From: Geosiphon pyriformis uo1
Lineage: Eukaryota; Fungi; Glomeromycota
NCBI GenBank assembly: GCA_016748015.1
Contig: JAAOMT010000448.1
Location: 121,834-185,833, forward strand
Length of the DNA stretch: 64,000 bases
Direction of reading: 5' to 3'
The position numbers were made by a program, and so were the translations under genes. Positions 25,002-35,243 of this stretch are shown piece by piece (position 1 is the first letter of the stretch; each line of letters opens with the position of its first letter). The notes under the pieces are model-generated. The model saw only the letters and a list, made by a program, of their open reading frames with translations, did no database searches and was not told the DNA's origin.

Positions 25002-27290
25002 TTTAAATAAGCTAAAAAAAACAAATTTTATACAAAAAAAAATTCATATTGTTTTTAAACAAAAATTTAACATTAATAAATTTATGTATAAACTAGAATA
25101 CAATCTTAATAAAAATTAAAAAAATACCAAATACCAAAGTAATAATCATTTATTTAATAAATTTTTAATAACTAATAATAATTTTTTAAAATTTACTAAA
25201 AGCAATAATAAAAAATAAAAAATAAACAATTAATTTGGTTTTTATTTGATTAATTTAATTTTTAAGATTAAATAATTTAATAGATTAATTGTTTAAAAAT
25301 ATACACAAAAACATATTTTGTTTTGTTTTTAAAACTAATAAAAATTAGCTAAAAATTAATATATTAAAAAATACAACTAAGAATTAATTTAATCAATATG
25401 TTTTTATTATTATTGTTTAGAACAAAAAATTTATTTTTATTTATAATTATAATAAAATTAAATATTATAATTAGTACTGATAATACAAAATTAACAAAAA
25501 AACAAAAAAAAACAGAAAGAATCAAAATTTTATTTTTTATAAGAAAAAAAACAGACTTTAAAATCTTAAACTATTAAAAAACTAAAAAAATCTTTTTATT
25601 ATTTTAAAAAAATTGTTATTAAATATAACAGATAATTATAAAATTTGTTTTTTGACTATTTTGATTTTTTTGGCATTTAAGCAATAATAAAAAAAAGAAT
25701 TAAAAAAATAACTTTGTTATTGGCTTCTTATTAAACATTTTAAAACTCTTAAAAAAGACAAAAGTTATATTAAGACTATTTCAAATAAATTATTTTGAAA
25801 AAAATTTAAAAGAAAAAAAATTTTTAATTAAAAATAAAAAAAGTATTTTTAAAATAATAAGAAATTATTTAACTACTACTTTATTTATAAAGCGTATTTT
25901 TATAGAATATTATTGAACAGTTTTTATAATTGTTAATACTTTATTAATAAAAAAAATATTAGCTGTTTAAGTAATAAAAAAAATATTTTTTTTATATTTG
26001 TAATTTTATAAAATAATATATTATAATATTCTATTTTTGTTATTTTAAAATAATATTTGTTGTTATTATAATATAGTATTTGCTACTATTATAAAATAAT
26101 TTTTGCTATTATTATTAATTAATAATTATTATTATAAAAATTATTATATTATTTTATAATTGGTTATTTTTTTATATTATTTGTGATTTTTGTTAATTTT
26201 TAATTATAATAATAATATTAGAATTTCTTTTGTTTAATAAAAAAGAAATTATTATTTTATATATTTTTAAAAACAAATTAATTAATTTTTTTTAATTATA
26301 TGGTTTTTGAAAATATTTTAAGTAAATTAAACTTGTTTTATTTCTTATATTACTAAATTCAAATAATATTTAAAATATATTATTGTTATTTTTAGTTTTT
26401 AAATTAATTTAAATACTATTATTATAACTAATATTTTAAATAAAAATTATATTTAGTAAAAACTTTTAAATATTAAAACTTGTATTACTTAGTCTTTAAT
26501 TACATATTTTTTTTTAATATTTTTATAAATTTGTTGTTGATTTTAAAATATTTAAATCTTGTTTTATTAAACCAATTTTAATATTAAAACTATTGTCTTT
26601 TGGTTTTTTTATTTGTTGCTAATATTATTAATTATAAAATTGGTATTAAATTGGCTTTTGTGGAATTTAAACTAATTAAGTTGGTTTTATTAATTAAATT
26701 TGTTAATGTTTTAATTTTTTTAATTATAAAATTATTAGTGTTTTTTTTAAATATAAAAATAAATTTTTTTTGTAATTAATAAAATTATTGGTAATTTAAG
26801 TAAAAAAATTATTAATTTAAAATAAAATAAAATATAAATAATTTTTGTTAATAAAAAAGATTTTGCTAAAATAATAGTACTTTAAAAGTTATAAATTCTT
26901 GACATTAAATTTAATATAAATATAATTATTATATAATTAGCTAGTTTGGTTTTTAATAATTATAATTTGGTTGTAATTATGCAAAAAATAGCATTTTAGA
27001 ATAAGTTTTTTTTGTAAATTCAATTTTATTTTGGTTTTAACTAACATAAATAGTTATATATAAAAAACACATAAGTTATAATTAATTTAAAATGCTTTCT
27101 GTTATATTATATTAATTAATAAACTATTCTTTTTAAAACAAAACAAAACAAAATAAAATTTAAGCAGTTTAATTAATTAAAATTAAAATTTAAAAATTTC
27201 TTATTTATAACAATAATTTTGAAAATTAAAAAGAATCTTATTATTTAATGATAATATTTATACTTTTAAATAAAAAATACTTAAAGCTAA
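25002..27290. other. AT-rich desert
   Basis: Very low G+C, no ORFs. Confidence 0.6.
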
Positions 27291-27301
27291 TGCAAATACA
27301 G

Positions 27302-30300
27302 TTAAGATTTTCGAGGAGTAAAAAATGTGGATCTAATAAAATTCGCTTTAAGATGAGTTGATTTGGGTTTTAACTTGTAAAGAATCGTACGAGAAGGATC
27401 TCTCTCTGCATTAGGATCAGGTAATACCATTGCTTTATGTTTTATATTATTCTAATTATTGCAAAAAAAAAGTTTTATTTAACAAATATTTAAATATTAA
27501 TAATGAAAAAAAATTTACTTACTTTAAAAAAATAAAGGATTTCAAGAGCTTGCCGCAAAGTGTTAATTTGTAATAGTTGAATAGGAAAACTGAAACTAAC
27601 ACTTTGTAAACCGAAATAAAGACCATCATCAAGAAGATCGATACCAATTATGTGACCTTTTAAGCCTAATAGAAAACGAAATTAAAATCAATTGACATAA
27701 AAAATATATACAACCACATATTAAATCTCACCAGCAAATTGCAATCCAAATACAACAGAATTTTTGTCCGCTTCCGCTATAATATCCTCCTTTAAAAATG
27801 AATCAAGAATACATTTATTTGTCCGGTACAATTTTGCACGATCACGGATGACTTTGGCAGAAGTAGGAGCCTGAGCACATTCTGTGTGACTAAGCTCTGT
27901 ACCCGAAGCCTGATGTACAATCCTCATGTCAATTTTTCTGGATGGGGATGTAACCTTTGACATAGTTTCGCCCCATCTGAGTTCAATTAAATGATTGAGA
28001 TCAGAAAAAATGATATCCAATGTGGGAGCTATGATCTTTATAATATACTCCATTTCACTGAGTTTTTTTCGTTGACCATCTCGATGCATAAATATACATG
28101 GATTCATTAAAAACATTTCGATACTAATAGCAAATTTGGTTAAATATGAATAATAATAATTAAAACACATAAATAAATACAAGAAAATCTTACATATTAA
28201 AATAAATTTTAGTTATTTGTTGATCAATAACCGTTCCTGATCGATCTTTTATCTTATCTAAAAGAAAATCTCGGGCATCCCAATATCTATAATGATCACA
28301 CATCTAATTATAATAAAAAAAATTAGTGATCTGATCTATTTATAATAATTAATAATTATTTTTAAACCTACCGATTCAATTTGGTCAATTATCTCCTTCA
28401 CATTCCCTTCAAATTGTGTCGGCACCATATCAATGTGCTCATAAACCTTGGCTTTTAAAGCATTCCATTCTTCGCCAAACCATGTCCACATCCCATTCGA
28501 AAATTCTGATGAAAGATCAATGATGGAAGATAATCCAAGCCTAAATTTGAAACAATCAGTGCTCTATTACATTGCTAACAACTTGACAAAAAAAAATGCC
28601 ATACCGAAGGACACTTAAAATTTGTGGATTCAAATCCTTTCGACTTTTTCCTTTTGACCACATCATGATTCTTGTCGTATTTTGTGCGAGAACCTCTCTG
28701 ACGAGTTCCCCATTTTTAAGTTTCCAGTTTGAAATATTTGGACTAGTCGACACCTCAAAAGGATTCTGGACATCTGCCCCACTCACAACATCGCTCTCAT
28801 CATCATCCGATGATTCATTTATTGCATCTTTGGGTTCATCCGATGAATCGTCTGTTGAATCTTCATGTTCATTTGATGAAACATTTGTTGGATCTTTGGG
28901 TTCATCCGATGAATCGTCTGTTGCATTTTTGTAGTGATCAGAATCGGTTTGTTTCCTTCTTAAGGCCCTTTCACTTGGGGAAATGGAATTTGATTGATCC
29001 TAGAGGGAATATAAAAGTACCTTTAATTCTAATCGGTTCAAGAGGACAACAACCATACAATATGCTTACCAAATAATCATATTTATCAGCTTTGCGTTTG
29101 TTGGGAGTACAAGGTATCTTCTCTTTTGTTGCCTCTTCCCTTTGTTCATCTTCTTCATCTCTTCGTCGTGGTTTTTCAAGAACTCTTTCCCAGAATCTAG
29201 AAACACCTGGCGCCCTTTTGTCGGACTTTAAGAGCAAGTCAGACATCAATCAAACAAAAGAGCAAATGAAGTCAGAATCGACCAACACAAGAGCAAGTGA
29301 AGTCAGAGATCCGAGACTTTCTCGCAGATCATCATCACAAGAGCAAGTCAAGTCAGACATCGACCAAACACAAGAGCAAGTGAAGTCAGAAATCCGAGAT
29401 TTCACGCGGATCATAATCACAAGAACAAGTGAAGTCAGAAATCGACCAACACAAGAGCAAGTGAAGTCAGACATCGACCAAACACAAGAGCAAGTGAAGT
29501 AAGAGATCCGAGACTTTCCCACAGATCATCATCACAAGAGCAAGTCAAGTCAGACATCGACCAAACACAAGAGCAAGGGAAGTCAGAAATCGACCAACAC
29601 AAGAGCAAGTGAAGTCAGACATCGACCAAACACAAGAGCAAGTGAAGTCAGAGATCCGAGACTTTCCCGCAGATCATCATCACAAGAGCAAGTCAAGTCA
29701 GACATCGACCAAACACAAGACCAAGGGAAGTCAGAAATCCGAGATTTCACGCGGATCATAATCATAAGAACAAGTGAAGTCAAAAATCGACCAACACAAG
29801 AGCAAGTGAAGTCAGAAATCCGAGACTTTCACGCAGATCATCATCACAAGAGCAAGTGAAGTCAGATATCGACCAAACACAAGAGCAAGTGAAGTCAGAA
29901 ATCCGAGATTTCACGCGGATCATAATCACAAGAGCAAGTGAAGTCAAAAATCGACCAAACACAAGAGCAAGTGAAGTAAGAGATCCGAGACTTTCACGCA
30001 GATCATCATCACAAGAGCAAGTGAAGTAAGAGATCCGAGACTTTCACGCAGATCATCATCACAAGAGCAAGTGAAGTCAGATATCGACCAAACACAAGAG
30101 CAAGTGAAGTCAGAAATCCGAGATTTCACGCGGATCATAATCACAAGAGCAAGTGAAGTCAAAAATCGACCAAACACAAGAGCAAGTGAAGTAAGAGATC
30201 CGAGACTTTCACGCAGATCATCATCACAAGAGCAAGTCAATTCAGACATTGACCAAACACAAGAGCAAGGGAAGTCAGAAATCCGAGATTTCACGCGGAT

Positions 30301-31235
30301 CATAATCACAAGAACAAGTGAAGTCAAAAATCGACCAACACAAGAGCAAGTGAAGTCAGAAATCCGAGACTTTCACGCAGATCATCATCACAAGAGCAAG
30401 TGAAGTCAGATATCGACCAAACACAAGAGCAAGTGAAGTCAGATATCGACCAAACACAAGAGCAAGTGAAGTCAGAAATCCGAGATTTCACGCGGATCAT
30501 AATCACAAGAGCAAGTGAAGTCAAAAATCGACCAAACACAAGAGCAAGTGAAGTAAGAGATCCGAGACTTTCACGCAGATCATCATCACAAGAGCAAGTG
30601 AAGTCAGAAATCCGAGACTTTCACGCAGATCATCATCACAAGAGCAAGTGAAGTCAGATATCGACCAAACACAAGAGCAAGTGAAGTCAGAAATCCGAGA
30701 TTTCACGTGGATCATAATCACAAGAGCAAGTGAAGTCAAAAATCGACCAAACACAAGAGCAAGTGAAGTAAGAAATCCGAGACTTTCACGCAGATCATGA
30801 TCACAAGGGCAAGTGAAGTCAGAAATCGACCAACACAAGAACAAGTGAAGTCAAATGAAGTCGGAAATCCGAGACTTTCACGCGGATCATCATCACAAGA
30901 GCAAGTGAAGTCAGAAATCGACCAACACAAGAGCAAGTGAAGTCAGATATCCGAGACTTTCACGCGACCCAACAGACCAGCAGATCATCACAAAAGCAAA
31001 AAAATGGAAAAAATACCCTAACCTCAAAACTTTCAATTGCGAGTTTCTTGCGAGTACTGAACGCAGGGTCCTTCAAACCACGCAGGCTTACGAAATAGGC
31101 CTTCTGTTCTTCTTCACAATCTTTTATAAATGATCCTTGTTTTTCTCGCTGCACAAGGTACTCATAAAGATAATTTTCCTTTTTTTTTTTGAGTATGGTC
31201 TTGATAACGCTCATCCTGTTTTGTTGTGCGTTCAT
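27302..31235 (-). CDS. 8-exon gene, ~575 aa, with C-terminal PD-(D/E)XK restriction-endonuclease-like (Crinkler/CR-REase-type) domain
   Basis: Hand-built exons 31235-31023, 29225-29070, 28999-28605, 28540-28372, 28303-28194, 28123-27732, 27665-27523, 27451-27302; all GT-AG, total 1728 nt, open frame. Motifs SE.EY..KII.P, WGE, KIDMRI..ELSHTECA..K..RD..KL.R..K, VFGLQFAG, C-terminal FFTPRK. An upstream in-frame ATG at 31358 is also possible. Confidence 0.8.
28795..28926 (-). repeat. Coding 27-bp (9-aa) acidic repeats (TDDSSDEPKD) in exon 3
   Basis: CATCCGATGAATCGTCTGTTG occurs twice, 54 bp apart. Confidence 0.75.
29230..30995. repeat. Intronic composite minisatellite: ~43 units sharing core CACAAGAGCAAGTGAAGTCAGAnATC, as short (32-33 bp) or long (49-50 bp) variants
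   Basis: Parsed unit by unit; fills intron 1 (29226-31022) of the nuclease-like gene. Confidence 0.95.
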
Positions 31236-32989
31236 GATTCGATTAATGCAGTTGGGGTTAAAGTTGTTGAAGTTGTGTTTATGTACTCTGTTTGTTATGC
31301 TATATGACAGGCAAGATGACCACGAGTGGTGCTTATCATATTGCTGATCAATTCCCATATAGCCATTACTGATTAAGAAGACTGTGTAAAAATGATTTAA
31401 ATTATATTTTTTTGTTATTATTTTTTTGTTTATTACTATTTACAATAATTTTTATAGCCAAACATGAGATTATTTATAATAAAAAGATTCTAATAAATTT
31501 TTACAGCTTTAAAAAATAAAATAAAAATTTTTAACATTGTAATCTTCAATATAAATTTATATAATTAATAAAATATTTTTTAAAATTAAATAGTGGTTGG
31601 GCTGTACTCATAAAACCTTTAATAAAAAATTAAAAAAATTAAAAAGACCCAGTTTTTAAATTTTAATAAAAAGTTTCTTAAGTTTTATAATAAAAAACTA
31701 GTTAATTATTTAAGACAAAAAGTAATTTATGCTGTTTAAAAATATAAATACAAAAATGAAAATAATTAAAATTAACTTAACATTAATTTTTATTTAATAA
31801 ATTAATATTTAAGAAAAAATTTTTTTTTTATATTTTTATAATTACAATTAGAAAAAAGATGTGATTTTTTTATTATTTAAAATAATTAATAGTAATTTAT
31901 TAATAAAAAATTTATAGCTGTAAAAACTGCTTAATAGTACTTAATAAAAGTGTTTTTTTTAAATAAAATAATTAAAAATCAGTTTTTTATTGATTTTAAA
32001 ATACTTTTTTTGGTTTTAAATAAAAGTTTTTTTTATTTAAAGTTCTATTTAAGCAATAATTTATGACTAAATTTTAGTGTAAGTACAATTATTACAAAAA
32101 GTTTTAGAATTTTTAATAATAAACTAGTAACAAAATTATTTATTGTTTTTATTATTTTTATTTTTATATTAAAAAAACCAAAAAAATTAAAAACAATTAT
32201 TTTTTTTAGTGTTTTTTAGAACAATACCAATATTTTAAAGTTTATTTTTTTTGTAAAAAATAAAATATTAATTTTATTTGATTTTTCTAATAGTTATATT
32301 AGTTTTATAGTAATTATATTAATTAAAATATCTAAACTAAAAATAGCTATAAACAATAATTTTTTTTTGGATAATAATAATAATAATATGATTATTAAAA
32401 TTAGTTTTAATTATATTATTTAATATATTAATTTTAATTAAATTTTATTGATTTTAAAAAACATAATAAGATATATTTTTAATAATATTTTAAATTAATT
32501 ATTAATCTTAACTAAATAAAAACTAAATTGCTTTTTTTTCTTCTGTTTTCTAATATTGTTTTTAATAATACTTAAAAAATAATTATTAATTATTAAAAAT
32601 TTTTTAAATAAATAATTTTTATTCTAATATTTAATATTATATTTAAGATTAAATTAGTTTTTATTAAATTTTTGTTCTAGTTATTATTTAGTTTTATTAA
32701 ATTTAAATTAGTTTTATATAAATTTTATATTTTCAAAATTTTTTAAATACTATTATTAAAATTACTATTAATAATTTTATATTTTAACTATAATTAATAT
32801 TACAAAGTTTTTTGTAATAACTTTTATTTTTTTGTTGTATTTTATATTTCTTTTAATATATTTTTTAATAATATTAAAAGCACTTTTATTAAATTAAAAT
32901 TTATTAACTTATAATAATATATTATTGTTTATTTTAAGAACTTTTTTTTGCTATTGTTATTTTTATTTATTAATCTGTACTTAAAATTT

Positions 32990-33185
32990 TAATATTTTGG
33001 TTTAATTTAGTTTAAATTTAATTAAATTATTAAATTAAACTAAATTTAAATAAAAATTTTGGCTAAATTTTAAATTTAAACTTAAATTGAACTTAAAATT
33101 ACTAAATCTGAGCTAAACTTAAATCCAAACAATAAGTTTGGTTCAAGTTTGATTTAAAATTTGTGAACATATTTAAATTTAACTA
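32990..33185 (+). mobile_element. Eroded hAT-like subterminal repeat block
   Basis: GATTTAAAATTTGTGAACATATTTAAATTTAA matches the reverse complement of ~47017-47048 (GGTTCGAAGTCCACGAACTTGTTCAAGTTCGA) almost entirely by transitions. Confidence 0.5.
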
Positions 33186-33515
33186 TTAAAAATTATATTA
33201 TATTATTAATTAAATATTTTTTAATAGTTTTTGTATTTATAATTAAAAACATTATATTGCTTTTATAATTTTAGGCATTAAATAAAACTTTATATTTGTA
33301 ATTATATTTCTATTTGTAAAAAAAAACATATTTAAAAGCAATAAATAATAAATTATATATATAAAACAAAAAAATTGTGTTTAATATATTTAAATCTTAA
33401 ATTTTAATAAAATAATAATTTAAATAAATATTTTTATAATATATTTTCTCTTATATTATTATATTTATTTTTTTATTGACCATTTTTTTAAAAATATAAT
33501 AATTAATTTTGTTAA

Positions 33516-33517
<2 letters not shown>

Positions 33518-33579
<62 letters not shown>
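33518..33579. repeat. (TTA)n microsatellite
   Basis: About 20 TTA repeats. Confidence 0.95.
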
Positions 33580-33581
<2 letters not shown>

Positions 33582-34173
33582 AGTTTGTTTTTAATATAAA
33601 CTATATAATTAATACTATAATATTATTAAAATTGTTATTTAACAAAAAACTGTTATTTAATATAAATATAATAATTAATATATATTTTATTTCAAAAAAT
33701 ACACATTTTAAAAATTTATTTATTGTATAAGAGTTAAAAAATAAAATTGTTTAAATAAATAACTTATAATTTTTTTTATTTTATTAATATTGTCATCCGA
33801 AAATTTTTTTTAAATTTAATATAGTACAAAGTATTATAATTGTATTTATTTTAAAATAATATTTAATTAACTTTTTTTTTATTGTTTTAACTATTATAAT
33901 AAATAATAAATCTAATATTAAATATGTTAAAATAAATAAATAAATTCAATTAAAATTATAATATTTTATTTGATTTAAAAATAATATTAAAAAAAAAAAT
34001 AATTAAAAAAACAATATTATTTAAATTAATTGATATTTTAATCATAATATTCTTAAATAATTTAAGAAATTTAGTAATTTTATCAAAAACAATCTAATAA
34101 TTATATAAAATAGCATATTAATAAAAGTTAATATAAGTATTAATAAGAATATTAAGTACTTATAAATTTATAA

Positions 34174-35051
34174 TATTACCAAAAAAAAATTTTTTTTTAA
34201 TGTTGTTTAATTTATTGTTAATTTTGCTATTAATAAAAACAGGTAAATTTCCAATAAGCTAATTTATATTCTAAAGTATTTTTTATGTTTTGTATTATAT
34301 ATATTATTAGACTTATAATAAAATAACCAATTTTATACTAATTATTTATATAATTACTTTGTAATAAAAATCAATTTTTTTATAAAAATTTTTTATTTAC
34401 AAGTTCTTTAATTATTTTATTGTAAAAATTAATTTTTCTATAGAAAGTTTTAACTGTAAATTATTTAATAATATAAAAATTTTAAAAAAAATTTTAAAAA
34501 AATAATCATTTATATTTAAAATATTGTTTTTAATTTAGGTCTGTAAATATTAATAATTTATTAAAATTAATAACTAATTAATTTTAGTTTTTTAATTTGC
34601 TTATTTTGAAATAGTAATAATTAAAAATTTGGGTTTTTTAAAATGAATTTTATTTGAATTGATTTGTAATAGTTTTTTAAACTAAAATTAATCTTAAAAA
34701 ATATTTTAGTTAAGATATTTTTTTATATAATTTGTTATAATACTATTTTATAAACTAGTATTTTTTTTTAATATTTTGATAAAATACAAATATATTTTGT
34801 TAAATTATAAGTTATTTTTATAAACTGTTAAATATTTTGTTAAATTCTAAATATTTTAATAAATTTATAAATATTAAATAGTTTAAAATATTACATAATT
34901 TAATTATTATAATTTGTATTCAGTGTAAATTAAATTATTAATTAAATAATATAATATATAATAATTTAAAATAATAATATATGCTAATTAATAATAAGAA
35001 TTATAAATATAATTTTATATTAATTAATAGTTTAAATTTCTACTAATAATA
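34174..35051 (-). mobile_element. Solo LTR related to the 1613-6429 LTRs, heavily C>T/G>A eroded
   Basis: Collinear with 5448-6429 (e.g. AAATAACCAATTTTATACTAATTATTTTATATAATTAC vs AAATGGCCAATTCTGTACCAGTTACTTTATGTAGTTAC). Ends TATTACC...CTAATAATA; flanked by ATAA/ATAA. Confidence 0.85.
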
Positions 35052-35243
35052 ATAATTAAAAATTTTGTATTTAGAATATATAAAATTAAAAACTTGCTAA
35101 TTTAAAAAATAACTTATTTTTAATTATATTATCAATAAAATTTTACTAAATAGAACAATTTAAAATAAATTTATAATATTTAATTTAATATATATTACAA
35201 ACATATTTAAAGAATTTAAAACATTAGAACAAAATATAGATTA

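Larger units (their letters stand above)
31390..35240. other. AT-rich desert containing eroded TE remnants
   Basis: Contains a recognisable eroded hAT-like end (~32990-33185) and a solo LTR (34174-35051). Confidence 0.7.

Noticed and set aside
29290-30900. Hammerhead ribozyme in L units (minus strand TGATGA...GAAA)
   Set aside because: The core needs CUGANGA but the sequence has GTGATGA/ATGATGA, and no convincing stem II can be formed; an Infernal search would settle it
29092-30936. Many overlapping ORFs on both strands (KSDIDQTQEQV.., SDFTCSC..)
   Set aside because: By-products of the repeat array; unit lengths of 32/33/49/50 bp do not keep frame, and flanking exons join in frame across the array
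29230-30995. CRISPR array
   Set aside because: The 'spacers' are only 2-3 recurring sequences rather than unique ones, there are no cas genes, and the array lies in a spliceosomal intron of a eukaryotic gene
33509-33730. Poly-Leu ORF resembling a signal peptide
   Set aside because: Translation of a (TTA)n microsatellite in an AT desert
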